From: Candidatus Krumholzibacteriales bacterium
GTDB lineage: Bacteria > Krumholzibacteriota > Krumholzibacteriia > Krumholzibacteriales > WJIX01
Assembly: GCA_046483305.1 (NCBI GenBank)
Contig: JAWODM010000045.1
Span: forward strand, 1 to 61,070
Reading direction: 5' to 3'
DNA: 61,070 bases
Made by a program: the position numbers and the translations under genes. A model generated the notes under the pieces. The model was not told where the DNA came from, searched no databases, and was given only the letters and a program-made list of their open reading frames with translations. Below, piece by piece: positions 30,108 through 40,024 of this stretch (positions are counted from its first letter, which is position 1; every line of letters starts with the position of its first letter).

Positions 30108-30400
30108 TCTATGACGTTGATTCAGAAACGCATCTATGTCATTCCCCTCTGTATAATTATCATAATCGACTCTGACCAGCTTAAAAGGGTATCTCAATTC
30201 ACACTTTGCCAATTCTTCATTATTCATATCAAAAAGAAACTCAGAAGAAGTCTCATCTGAAATCAGAAATTCTTTCGTCTTCACAATTTCTTCCTTCGGC
30301 ACCCATTCTGGAAAGTCTTCTTCACAAGCCCAAAATCCATTGCTGAAAATATGAACCCAATGAGAAGTACTCCAACCAGAAAAAGTTTCTTAATACTCAT
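30027..30400 (-). pseudogene. Frameshifted secreted protein gene, 3' end replaced by IS sequence
   Basis: ATG 30400 gives the signal-like MSIKKLFLVGVLLIGFIFSA. ACEEDFPEWVPKEEIVK continues in another frame and runs into the IS end. Confidence 0.55.
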
Positions 30401-30746
30401 TTTCTTTCTTTCTTAAAAACTTTTTTATGTCTATCTGTTTGATTCCATTTATAAATATACTCCAATTCAATAATAAAATATAACCGATCCCAGACCGCAA
30501 TTCTGTTCATTAACCAAGGAGACTAATAATTTAAATACATTATCCTTCTTGATTATCGCAACTCTAATGGAATTTTTTCCTTTTCTGCCGCTTATCTCCA
30601 ATAAATTTATACTATTTGATGCCGAATTTGTGTGTCAGGAGAATTCCTAGAAATTAACAAAACTTCACACAAAACTTTTCGATTTTCAAAACCGTAAGGC
30701 CGAAGCCCCGTTAATCTGGCTGGAGTTGACCGGCGGAGGGAATGTA

Positions 30747-32087
30747 TCAGACCTGAATGGTTTCCTTGAGGGAATCGTATATCCCGGGGGTAACCTTGGA
30801 ACCGATTATGGGATCAAGTTCCCCGCTCCTGTACATCTCAAGTACCAGGTCCGCGACTTCCCTGTGGAACTGGGTGCCCCTGTGCTTCCTCAATTCGTTG
30901 ATAACTATTTCCGCGGACAGTGCGTCTCTGTACGGGCGGTTCGACGTCATGGCGTCGAAGGCGTCCACCACATTCAGGATATGAGCTCCCAGCGGTATCT
31001 GGCCGTTCTTCAAACCCCTGGGGTAACCGGTCCCGTCAGGCCTCTCATGATGACACCTGATTATCTCCGCCGCTTCCTTGAGAAACTTGAGGCGCTCCAC
31101 TATATCCGCGCCCACATCCGGATGCGCCCGGAGTGATATCCATTCCTCCTCAGTCAGCGGATCCACTTTCTGAAGGACCGAATTGCTGACGGCTATCTTC
31201 CCCACGTCGTGAAGCAGCGAGGCGTACTCGAGTGTCTCTATCTCCTTGGACGACATCCCCAGCGCCTTGGCGATCCGCATTGCGTATTGAGAAACTCTGT
31301 ATGAATGCCCGTGGGTAAAAGCGTCCGATGCATCAATCGCCGAGGTTAGAGCGGCGACCGTTTCGATGTTCTTCTCCCTCATATCCAGATAGAGCTGGAA
31401 TGAATAACGGGCCAGGAACAGGGGGATAATGAAGAGAGCTATGGTCCAGCCGCCCGCCTTGGCGTAGAGCAGGGCTATAATAGCCCCCATCGGAAGGAAT
31501 GCGAATATGTGGAAGAAATACCACATGTAATTCTGTTTCCATACATGGTAAGGTTTACGCCCGCTGTCAAAAGCGATGATCAGGGAGAGCGACCATGTAT
31601 TTACCAGATAATATACTATACCGGCTGCAAATAGAGGAACCAGGAACATCGGGGAGCTGATATCGGTGTAATCCCCGAAAAGCCGATAGGTCAGGCCGGC
31701 GGCCCCCACCGTAACAGCCAGAAGAGGCACGTTAAACAGGAGTTTTCTCAGTGAACGCCGCTGCAGGAATCCCTCGGTAAAGAGGCTGGAGACCGCTTCG
31801 ACAACCACCATCACTGCGGGCCCGAACAGCACTATACCGGCAAGGTCTATCGGTGAAGCCGTGGAAATGGTGGATCCGCCGCGGGGCAGCGGTATCTGGA
31901 CAAAATCAGCGATAATTATAAGGAGAACGAAGATAAAGATATCCTGCCAGTGCCCCGCCGGCAGCCTGTCCACGCTGAGAAAAAGGATAAACAGGCCGGC
32001 GATAACATAGGTAGTGTAGTATATTCTAAATTTCCAGCTCGATCTTTCTTCTTTTTCCTTCAATATTCCATCCAGGCCCAGAAACAC
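30747..32087 (-). CDS. Membrane-bound HD-GYP cyclic di-nucleotide phosphodiesterase
   Basis: Multi-TM N-terminus; THGHSYRV, LHDVGK, HHERPDGTGYP and DAFDAMTSNRPYR motifs. Confidence 0.92.
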   Translation of the reverse strand: MFLGLDGILKEKEERSSWKFRIYYTTYVIAGLFILFLSVDRLPAGHWQDIFIFVLLIIIADFVQIPLPRGGSTISTASPIDLAGIVLFGPAVMVVVEAVSSLFTEGFLQRRSLRKLLFNVPLLAVTVGAAGLTYRLFGDYTDISSPMFLVPLFAAGIVYYLVNTWSLSLIIAFDSGRKPYHVWKQNYMWYFFHIFAFLPMGAIIALLYAKAGGWTIALFIIPLFLARYSFQLYLDMREKNIETVAALTSAIDASDAFTHGHSYRVSQYAMRIAKALGMSSKEIETLEYASLLHDVGKIAVSNSVLQKVDPLTEEEWISLRAHPDVGADIVERLKFLKEAAEIIRCHHERPDGTGYPRGLKNGQIPLGAHILNVVDAFDAMTSNRPYRDALSAEIVINELRKHRGTQFHREVADLVLEMYRSGELDPIIGSKVTPGIYDSLKETIQV

Positions 32088-32124
32088 CTTCCCCTCCGGC
32101 TGATATCTCTGATTTTATCAGACA

Positions 32125-32139
32125 GCAGTTTTTATGCCA
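32125..32139 (-). promoter_or_regulatory. Sigma54 -24/-12 promoter of the HD-GYP gene
   Basis: TGGCATAAAAACTGC has exact GG-N10-GC spacing, 38 bp upstream of the start codon; AT-rich tract at ~32166-32187. Confidence 0.7.
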
Positions 32140-32219
32140 TACTACAAAGCTGCCGGGTTGCCGAGAAATATAACTATCTTTAAATCAGGGAATAACGCAA
32201 GCAATCCCGGACGGGATAA

Positions 32220-33017
32220 TCATCTGATCCTGTAATTTATATACTTGCGCGATTTCCATCTGCCAAAGGGCCGGTTAAGGGCGTCCAGCACCGCCAGCAC
32301 GGAGGCTTCGTTGGCGTCGCGTCCCAGGAACGCGCTTCCTGAAAGATACAGAACTTTCCTTCCGTCCACTACCTGAACGGAGGCCACAAAAGCCTCCCGG
32401 TTACTGATCTTAACCTGCTCCATACCAGATAAGCACAATTGGAATTTCTCGTCAATGATTTTAGTCACGCCATCGAGGGTCGCCCGGGCGATCACATCGT
32501 AGAAGGGGTGATCTTTCCTGACACCCTCCCCGAAACCCGATACCTGAAGTTCATTCATCTCCATTATGACTTCAGCTCTTACTTTTTCCTCTTTGAGATG
32601 AAGGTTCAATCCCTTGAACATGATTCTCAGATCCCTCTCCAGGAATTCCAGACGCGGCTCTTCCGGTGGCTCATGACTGCCCGGTTTCCGTTCAGGGCTC
32701 ATTCCGTCCGGTTCTGCCGGCTCTTCTTCAGCAGGACGATCATCCTCAACCTCCGGCGGAGGAACAACATCCGCTTCCTCCTCTTCGAAAGTATCCATAA
32801 CCACCACACCGACCAGAGACTGGTCCAGATCAATGCCGAGCTCCTTATTCAGAGCGCCGCAGACCCTGTCGACAATCTCTTTCGGAGGTGCGATGCTTGC
32901 CGCGACCACGTGGATCCCGGTAATATCATCGTTTTCATCAGTCGATATGCGGCAGGATTTAACATCACCCATGCGCATTATCAGCTGCTGAACCTTCTTG
33001 ACTGTATCTCTATTCAC
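32220..33017 (-). CDS. Hypothetical protein
   Basis: 265-aa ORF with two folded-looking regions joined by an acidic/Pro linker; ends AVLDALNR. Confidence 0.75.
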   Translation of the reverse strand: MNRDTVKKVQQLIMRMGDVKSCRISTDENDDITGIHVVAASIAPPKEIVDRVCGALNKELGIDLDQSLVGVVVMDTFEEEEADVVPPPEVEDDRPAEEEPAEPDGMSPERKPGSHEPPEEPRLEFLERDLRIMFKGLNLHLKEEKVRAEVIMEMNELQVSGFGEGVRKDHPFYDVIARATLDGVTKIIDEKFQLCLSGMEQVKISNREAFVASVQVVDGRKVLYLSGSAFLGRDANEASVLAVLDALNRPFGRWKSRKYINYRIR

Positions 33018-33103
33018 TGGATATTATTCATTCAAACAAACAGTAAAGCCCAATAAACCATTATATCACAAAACCTTATTTATTTCAACAGGTTGGAGTG
33101 GAA

Positions 33104-34009
33104 TCATTCTATCTTCATGATATCAAGAAAACGTTTGATCCTCTCTCCTATTTCTCCGCCTCTCCTGGACCTGATTCCATCCACCGAAAGCTCCTCACAG
33201 GTAAAGCTCGCTAAAATCGTGCCATAAACCAGCGCTTTTCGAAGATTATCCTCATTAATATCGCCGTCGGAAGCCAGAGAGCCCAGAAATCCCCCCGCGA
33301 AAACGTCTCCTGCTCCGGTTGGATCCAGGACATCCTCGAGAGGAAAAGCGGGGGCAATATAAATGCTGTCGCCGGTCATCAGAAAAGCGCCATGTTCTCC
33401 CTTCTTTATTACCACTATATCCGGCCCCATCGATATTATCTCCCGGCCCGCCCTGTAAAGATTGAGCCGGCCGGTCAGCTGGCGCGCTTCGCTGTCGTTT
33501 ACAAAGAGCAGGTTGACTTTCTCCAGAACCCGGCGAAGCATTTCCGGTTTGTTCTCAATCCAGAAGTTCATGGTATCACAGGCCGCAAAGGGATCTCCGG
33601 TACACTGGTCCAGTATATCCAGCTGCAGTTCGGGGTCGATATTGGCCAGCAGCAGCCATCCGGTCTCCTCCCACCCCTCCGGCAATACCGGCCTGAAGTC
33701 CTTGAACACGTTCAGTTCGGTCACCAGAGTTTCTCTCTCATTCGGATTTACGCCATACCTTCCCTTCCAATAGAAGGTCCGGCCTCCCTTGACGGTTTCG
33801 ACTCCGCCGCAATCTATCCCCCTGGCCTCCAGTACCGATCTGTGCTCATCCAGAAAATCTTCGCCAACTATACCCACCACCCTTACGGCTGTCTTATAAC
33901 TTGCCGCTATGGAAGCGTAAACGGCAGAACCTCCCAATGCCCTTTCAATCCTTCCCCGGGGTGTTTCAATGGAATCGAACGCGATCGAACCTGCTACAAC
34001 CATACTCAT
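33104..34009 (-). CDS. PfkB family carbohydrate/nucleoside kinase
   Basis: GSIAFDSIETP, LGGSA and DPTGAGDVFAGGF motifs. Confidence 0.92.
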   Translation of the reverse strand: MSMVVAGSIAFDSIETPRGRIERALGGSAVYASIAASYKTAVRVVGIVGEDFLDEHRSVLEARGIDCGGVETVKGGRTFYWKGRYGVNPNERETLVTELNVFKDFRPVLPEGWEETGWLLLANIDPELQLDILDQCTGDPFAACDTMNFWIENKPEMLRRVLEKVNLLFVNDSEARQLTGRLNLYRAGREIISMGPDIVVIKKGEHGAFLMTGDSIYIAPAFPLEDVLDPTGAGDVFAGGFLGSLASDGDINEDNLRKALVYGTILASFTCEELSVDGIRSRRGGEIGERIKRFLDIMKIE

Positions 34010-34131
34010 CGCTACATGATCCTTCCGCCTGTGTTAAAACTTCAATCTACAAATATCAGGGAACAGAAAGTTTTCTTAAAAAATCCTTAAACCGCCATGA
34101 AGTCAACGGGAATGCATTCGACGCTCCGGGG

Positions 34132-35814
34132 CTACATTCTTTCCGGGGCTTCAACCCCGATTAACCTCAGGGACTCGGCGAGAACTATCCTGGTCGCTTC
34201 AGAAAGAAGCAGCCTGGCGCCGCTGAGCTCCCTGTCACTCGATACCACCCGGCAGATATGATAGAAATGATGAAAAGACGCCGCTATGTCCTGGGCGTAG
34301 GAGGTCAGGCGGTTCGCGTCGTTGTTGTATACGGCACCTTCTATAAGCTGGGGGAATATTACCAGCTTTCGTATTAACTCCAGCTCTTCGGGCTCTTTCA
34401 GCAACCTCACGCATCCGGTCTCTTCAGGGAACCCGACACCCTCCTCCCCGGCAAAGGAGATTATGCTGCTGATTCTGGCATGAGCGTACTGAACGTAGTA
34501 AACCGGGTTCTCGTCAGACTGCTTCCTGGCAAGCGACAGATTGAAATCCATGTGGGCCTGATTCTTTCTCATCAGAAAGAAGAATTTTACCGCATCCCTT
34601 CCCACATCGGAAACCAGATCCCTGAGGGTGATGAATTCACCCTCTCTCTTTGACATACTGACCTGCTTCCCGTTCTCTATCAGGCGGACCCATTGAACGG
34701 TGAGTACTTCAAGCCAGCCCCGGTCCGCTCCGAATACTTCGGAAGCGGCCTCCAGCCGTTTGATATGCCCATGGTGGTCCGGCCCGAAAATATCTATGGC
34801 CCTGTGGTAATCCCTTCTCAGTTTGTTCAGATGGTATGCCGCGTCAGCCAGGAAATAGGTTGGCGTATTGTCGCTCCTTACCAGAACCCTGTCCTTTTCA
34901 TCGCCAAACCGGGTTGACCTGAACCAGAGCGCCCCCTCCTTTTCATAGACCACTTCATTCTGTTTCATTATCTTCAGCGCCTCCTCCACCTCGCCGCCCT
35001 CCCGGTGAAGCTTCGACTCCGGGAAAAACCTGTCGAATTCGACTTCAAAGTACTCCAGGTCCTTCCTGATCATATCGATCACCCTGTCCAGGGCAAATCC
35101 AGAGAACCTGCTGAGAGCTTCCCCCTCCGGCAGCCGGAGCCAGTTCTTTCCTTCCTCGACAGGGATCTCACCGGCGATATCCACCAGGTAATCACCGGGA
35201 TAACAGCCCTCCGGCAGCCGGGCCTTCTCTCCCAGCCGCTGCCTGAACCTGGTCATCAGCGAAATTCCCAGCTTATCTATCTGGCTTCCGGAATCGTTCA
35301 GATAGTACTCCGATTCCACCTGGTAACCGGCCTTCTCATACAGGTTCGCCAGCGCGCTTCCGACAGTCGCCGCTCTGGCCGAAACCAGCACCAGCGGGCC
35401 GGTAGGGTTCGCCGAGACGAACTCAATCAGAATCCGCCTGCCTCTTCCGATATCCAGCTCTCCGTAATTCATCCCCTCACTGTTTATCCTTACTACCTGG
35501 TCTGTCAGGTAACGGTGGGAGAATGAAAAATTGATAAACCCGGGGCCGGCAACTTCCACCCTGTCTATGAAATCGGGGTTTAATTCAATATTTGATATGA
35601 TATCGGCCGCGAACTCACGGGGATTGCGTTTCACCCGGGCCGCCGCCACCAGAGCTATATTACAGCTCAGGTCTCCATTGGCGGGGTCGTTGGGGCGTTC
35701 CAGTTGAATCTGCTCTCTTTCCATATCCGCGCCGAGCTTTTCCAGAGAGCTGAAAATCTCATCTATCACTCTTTCCTGGGCGCCTTTCCGGGTGATTTTA
35801 TCATTTTTATTCAT
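34132..35814 (-). CDS. argS: Arginine--tRNA ligase
   Basis: VAGPGFIN, EFVSANPTGPL, FGPDHHG, MSKREG, NPVYYVQYAHAR and APERM motifs; start set at the ATG overlapping the rsfS end. Confidence 0.97.
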   Translation of the reverse strand: MNKNDKITRKGAQERVIDEIFSSLEKLGADMEREQIQLERPNDPANGDLSCNIALVAAARVKRNPREFAADIISNIELNPDFIDRVEVAGPGFINFSFSHRYLTDQVVRINSEGMNYGELDIGRGRRILIEFVSANPTGPLVLVSARAATVGSALANLYEKAGYQVESEYYLNDSGSQIDKLGISLMTRFRQRLGEKARLPEGCYPGDYLVDIAGEIPVEEGKNWLRLPEGEALSRFSGFALDRVIDMIRKDLEYFEVEFDRFFPESKLHREGGEVEEALKIMKQNEVVYEKEGALWFRSTRFGDEKDRVLVRSDNTPTYFLADAAYHLNKLRRDYHRAIDIFGPDHHGHIKRLEAASEVFGADRGWLEVLTVQWVRLIENGKQVSMSKREGEFITLRDLVSDVGRDAVKFFFLMRKNQAHMDFNLSLARKQSDENPVYYVQYAHARISSIISFAGEEGVGFPEETGCVRLLKEPEELELIRKLVIFPQLIEGAVYNNDANRLTSYAQDIAASFHHFYHICRVVSSDRELSGARLLLSEATRIVLAESLRLIGVEAPERM

Positions 35815-36160
35815 CCGGAAATTCCTCCTTCGGCGCATCGCCCCATAAATTCTCCAATGCGTAAAATTCTCTTACGTCAGGCTGGAAAATGTGAAATACT
35901 ATGGAATAAGAATCGACCAGTATCCAGTGCGGTGATTCATACCCCTCCACATTGAAGTGGTGTCCCTCTTCTTTCAGCTTTTCAATGATTACATCCGCCA
36001 CTACTCTGGCCTGCACATTGCTCGAGACGGAAGATATCAGGAAATAATCGGTTATGTCAGATAACTTCCTCAGATCCAGAAGAACAATATCGCTTGCCTT
36101 CTTGGCCTGGATCTCGCCGACGATTTCCCCTGCCAGCCGCCTGGTCGCTGCTTCAGTCAA
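35807..36160 (-). CDS. rsfS: Ribosome silencing factor
   Basis: KKASDIVLLD, WILVD and HIF...REFYALENLW motifs. Confidence 0.95.
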   Translation of the reverse strand: MTEAATRRLAGEIVGEIQAKKASDIVLLDLRKLSDITDYFLISSVSSNVQARVVADVIIEKLKEEGHHFNVEGYESPHWILVDSYSIVFHIFQPDVREFYALENLWGDAPKEEFPDE

Positions 36161-37153
36161 TTAACTCCATACCCCCTTTATTATCTTGCCACATTCGGGA
36201 CACGCTCCGGATTCCTCCAAACCGCTCCGGGCATAACCTCTGCGTTCAATTACCACACTGCCGCAACCGGGGCAGTGCGTCCTATCGGTACCTTCAATGA
36301 ATATATTGCCGATATAAACATAATCAAGATATCTTTTTGCTATATCGCGCGCCTTTTTCAGGGTTTCCTCCGGAGTGGGGCCTATATCATCCATCCTGTA
36401 ATGGGGGAAGAACCTGGAAAAATGAAGAGGTATTTCCCGTGAAATACCGGCCAGGAACTTCACCATACTCTCAATCTCACCTAAATCATCATTGAGGCCG
36501 GGGATTATCAGGTTGGTGATTTCAACGTGGGAGTATTGAGCGGCGATCCCGATAAAATCCTTAACCGGCTCGAGCTCCGCGCCGCAGTACTTTCTGTAGA
36601 ATTCTTCGTTGAAACCTTTAAGGTCAATATTATATCCATCCACCGCCGGCGAGATTTCAAGCCCGGGGTCTCTGTTGATGTACCCGTTTGTAACCAGAAC
36701 CGATTTGAGGTTTTTCTCTCTCAGCAGAGGGAGAACATCCATTAAATACTCAAACCATATAATCGGCTCCGTATAGGTAAAAGCTACCCCCACACAACCC
36801 CTGTCCTCCGCCATGGAGGCAAGTTCCGAAGGCGATAAATACCTTGTCGGAACCTTTTCCTGGGATATGCTCCAGTTCTGGCAGAAGCGGCAGGTCATGG
36901 TACAGCCGTTAGGCCCGATCGACAGAATCCTGCTTCCCGGGATGAAATGATAAAGGGGCTTCTTTTCGATAGGATCGACATTTACTGTCACCGTCCTGCC
37001 GTACGAGGTAGAATACAGTTCGCCCTCCCTGTTCTGCCTTACCCCGCACATCCCCGTTTTCCCCTCCTGAATCATACACTGATGAGGGCATAGAAGGCAG
37101 AGAACCTTTTCGTCCGGTCTCTTTTCGCAGTATCTGGCTTTCTTATCCTTCAT
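36161..37153 (-). CDS. amrS: AmmeMemoRadiSam system radical SAM enzyme
   Basis: CLLCPHQC, DPIEKKPLYHF, GCTMTCRFCQNW, TYTEP, PLHFSRFFP and YVYIGN motifs. Confidence 0.9.
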   Translation of the reverse strand: MKDKKARYCEKRPDEKVLCLLCPHQCMIQEGKTGMCGVRQNREGELYSTSYGRTVTVNVDPIEKKPLYHFIPGSRILSIGPNGCTMTCRFCQNWSISQEKVPTRYLSPSELASMAEDRGCVGVAFTYTEPIIWFEYLMDVLPLLREKNLKSVLVTNGYINRDPGLEISPAVDGYNIDLKGFNEEFYRKYCGAELEPVKDFIGIAAQYSHVEITNLIIPGLNDDLGEIESMVKFLAGISREIPLHFSRFFPHYRMDDIGPTPEETLKKARDIAKRYLDYVYIGNIFIEGTDRTHCPGCGSVVIERRGYARSGLEESGACPECGKIIKGVWS

Positions 37154-37382
37154 CGTTTCCTCCTATCCGGCAGATTCTTTCATTTTCAATACCGCTCAGT
37201 CAGCGAACAGGAAACAGCTTCAGCTACCAGCCTCTTATTATGAAGATGATTGGGCGCGCTGCCGCCCGCCCGCAGCGGCTCCGTATCTTTTCTCTCTGTG
37301 AACTGAAATTAAATCGCGGCATATATAAACTACAATCCCTACAAGCAGTTAACCTTATTCAGACAGTTGGGATATTCTATCA

Positions 37383-38144
37383 TCATTCGGGGTCTGATTC
37401 AAGATGATTCGAATCCTTCTCACCCTTCCGCGCGAAAATAAAGGAGACCGCCACGCTGATAAAGAACAGCAGTACCAGGGGGACTGCCATCAGCACCTGG
37501 GATGCCGGGTCCGGAGGGGTCAGTAGCGCGCATACCGCAAAGATGATTACTATTACCCAGCGCCACTGCCTGATCAGTTTTCCGGGCGATATAAAACCGG
37601 TGGCGGTTAGAAAGATAATCACAAGCGGAAGCTGAAACACCACACCGAAAGCGAAGCAGAGCTTTCCCACGAACGAAAAGTATTCGCCCACTGAAAGGAG
37701 GGGGGAAAGCATGTCAGTGGAAAACCGGAGAAGAAAATTAAGCACTACCGGGATCATAATCCAGTAGGCGAATAACACTCCCACATAAAACAGGGCGGTG
37801 GAAAACACAATCATGGGCAGGATTACCTTCTTTTCCCTGGAAAAGAGGCCCGGCGAGACGAAAGACCAGACTCTGAAAAGAATGAACGGGTAGGAAACCA
37901 GAAAACCTGCTATGAAACTGAGCTTCAGGCGGGTCATGAAAGCTTCGGCGGGGGCGTGAAAATAAATTCCGTCCACCGGTATTCCGGACAGCAGAAAATC
38001 CATCAGGGAACCGGAAAAGAACCACAGAACCAGCGAGGACGCAAACACCGCGGCTATCAGTGATATTAATACAGACCTCAGCTCCTCGAGATGATCAAAC
38101 AGATTCATCTCGTTAAGCTTTTCCGATTTTTCATGTTCAGACAA
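37383..38144 (-). CDS. tatC: Twin-arginine translocase subunit TatC
   Basis: HLEELR, FVSPGL...EK, FQLP and LTPPD motifs. Confidence 0.95.
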   Translation of the reverse strand: MSEHEKSEKLNEMNLFDHLEELRSVLISLIAAVFASSLVLWFFSGSLMDFLLSGIPVDGIYFHAPAEAFMTRLKLSFIAGFLVSYPFILFRVWSFVSPGLFSREKKVILPMIVFSTALFYVGVLFAYWIMIPVVLNFLLRFSTDMLSPLLSVGEYFSFVGKLCFAFGVVFQLPLVIIFLTATGFISPGKLIRQWRWVIVIIFAVCALLTPPDPASQVLMAVPLVLLFFISVAVSFIFARKGEKDSNHLESDPE

Positions 38145-38157
38145 CTTCGCTCCAGAA

Positions 38158-39006
38158 TTACTTTATAAGTTCTACGGTAGTATAAGATACTCTGGAAAGC
38201 TCTGTTGTTTCTTCCCTGGCGGTTTCAGGGTTGACCCCCGTCATAGTGCCCCTGAATTCACTTTCCATCTTATATTTTACCACATAGCCGCCATCCAGAG
38301 CGACCGAGGCTTCTATATCGGCTGCCACTTCACCCTTCACCACGCCACCCCCTGCTTCCCTCTCCACTGAGGTAACCGCATCCCCGCTGAGATAGGCCAC
38401 CGCTATCCCGTCCTCCTCGCCTATTTCCTCGAGTGTCATGGTAACGGTTCCCTCCACCGCGCCCGAGCTGGTAGTGTCGCTGACATCCTTCTCCCAGCTC
38501 TGACCCACTTTAACCTCTTTTTCGGGCAACTCCGCAAACCATTTGCCCACATAATCTTTTAATCCCCCTTCGGGCAGTCCCGGGATCACTCCGCGGGCTT
38601 CAACTACTTCTCCGGACGGCGAAACATCCACCTCCACGGTCCTTCCCTCAGGTTTGACGCGGCCGGAGCGGTCCTGCATCTCTCCGGACCTTATCAGCTG
38701 GTCGGAGGATTTGTCGTATTTTATCCTGATGGTACAGTTACCCTGTCCGGATTTTTCCCTGACCTTCAGGGTAACCTCATCGGTATGTACATTCCTTATA
38801 CTGAGCCCGGAGAAATTCATCTCATCGGTGCTGGCCCCCCTGTACCTGAGTGCCGTTTCCGGCTCCAGAGAAAACTCCAGCCTGATCGAATCTCCCTCCT
38901 CTATGGCCTGGGGAGCGCCGGAAGGCTTGCAATGAATGGACAGAGCGGCCAGAGTCAGAATTATTAATACAGGATTCATCCCCCTTTTCAGGGCATAACG
39001 GCTCAT
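38158..39006 (-). CDS. Hypothetical lipoprotein
   Basis: Signal peptide ending in Cys (SIHC); LPEKEVKVGQSW; beta-rich. Confidence 0.7.
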   Translation of the reverse strand: MSRYALKRGMNPVLIILTLAALSIHCKPSGAPQAIEEGDSIRLEFSLEPETALRYRGASTDEMNFSGLSIRNVHTDEVTLKVREKSGQGNCTIRIKYDKSSDQLIRSGEMQDRSGRVKPEGRTVEVDVSPSGEVVEARGVIPGLPEGGLKDYVGKWFAELPEKEVKVGQSWEKDVSDTTSSGAVEGTVTMTLEEIGEEDGIAVAYLSGDAVTSVEREAGGGVVKGEVAADIEASVALDGGYVVKYKMESEFRGTMTGVNPETAREETTELSRVSYTTVELIK

Positions 39007-39055
39007 CAGTCCTCCTTTGTCTGGAGAGTTTTAGAATCTTATCGGAATGATATCC

Positions 39056-39514
39056 TTACCCCTCTTTTCCTATCAATCCCTTGAGCTCATCCATGAACTG
39101 CGATATATCCTTGAATTCCCTGTAGACGGAAGCAAAACGCACGTAAGCTACCTGGTCGATCTTCGCGAGCCTGTTTATAATGGCATTCCCCAGCTCTTCG
39201 GTAGGTATTTCATCCCTCACCTTCTTCGACATCTCCCGCTCCACCTCGTCTATCAGTTCTTCAAGGGCAGTCATCGAAACAGGCCTCTTTTCACAGGCTT
39301 TAAGCAACCCCTCCAGTATCTTTTCCCTGGAATAACGCTCCCGGTTTCCATCCTTTTTTATCACCATTACCGGCCGGCGCTCTATATATTCGTAGGTGGT
39401 AAACCGGTGGCCGCATTTGACGCACTCGCGCCTCCGCCTTATGGCGGAACCGTCACGGGTGGACCTGCTGTCAACCACCTTGTCATTCTCGTTTCCGCAG
39501 CTGGGGCAGCGCAA
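39056..39514 (-). CDS. nrdR: Transcriptional repressor NrdR
   Basis: MRCPSC, IRRRRECVKCGHRFTTYE and AYVRFASVYREF motifs. Confidence 0.97.
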   Translation of the reverse strand: MRCPSCGNENDKVVDSRSTRDGSAIRRRRECVKCGHRFTTYEYIERRPVMVIKKDGNRERYSREKILEGLLKACEKRPVSMTALEELIDEVEREMSKKVRDEIPTEELGNAIINRLAKIDQVAYVRFASVYREFKDISQFMDELKGLIGKEG

Positions 39515-39515
39515 G

Positions 39516-39989
39516 TTACTCTCCCTTCGCCTCTTCCTGTATCAGGTATACCGTCTTCAGCCCCGCTTCACTTATCAGCTCTTCCCCCATCCTGTCCGGG
39601 TACCTGGCCCCAAGGACCAGTTTAATGATCCCCGCGTTTATAATCATCTTGGCACAGGTTGAGCAGGGTGAATCGGTGCAGTAAATGGTTGCTCCGTTCA
39701 TGCTGGTTCCGCTTCCGGCGGCCTGTATTATAGCGTTCTGCTCGGCATGCACGCCCCTGCAGAGTTCGTGCCTCTCACCGGAGGGAACCTCCATCTTCTG
39801 CCGCATGCATCCTATATCCAGACAGTGGGCAAGCCCCTTGGGAGCCCCGTTGTAACCGGTGGATATAATCCTCTTGTCTTTTACTATTATGGCGCCGACT
39901 TTGCGCCTCAGGCATGTGGAACGCTCCGAGACCAAACGGGTTATCTCCATGAAATATTCGTCCCAGCTGGGTCTCTTCATAAGCTCCAT
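39516..39989 (-). CDS. Deoxycytidylate deaminase (ComEB-like)
   Basis: [25 protein letters not shown] and PCSTC motifs. Confidence 0.93.
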   Translation of the reverse strand: MELMKRPSWDEYFMEITRLVSERSTCLRRKVGAIIVKDKRIISTGYNGAPKGLAHCLDIGCMRQKMEVPSGERHELCRGVHAEQNAIIQAAGSGTSMNGATIYCTDSPCSTCAKMIINAGIIKLVLGARYPDRMGEELISEAGLKTVYLIQEEAKGE

Positions 39990-40024
39990 CCTTCATCGGC
40001 CAGGTTCAACCCTGCCGTAGATAA

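Larger units (their letters stand above)
27616..30694. mobile_element. AT-rich degenerate islet bounded by the 13-bp direct repeat ATTTTCAAAACCG
   Basis: Repeat copies at 27616-27628 and 30682-30694; visibly lower GC; two transposase remnants; orphan genes. Confidence 0.65.
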
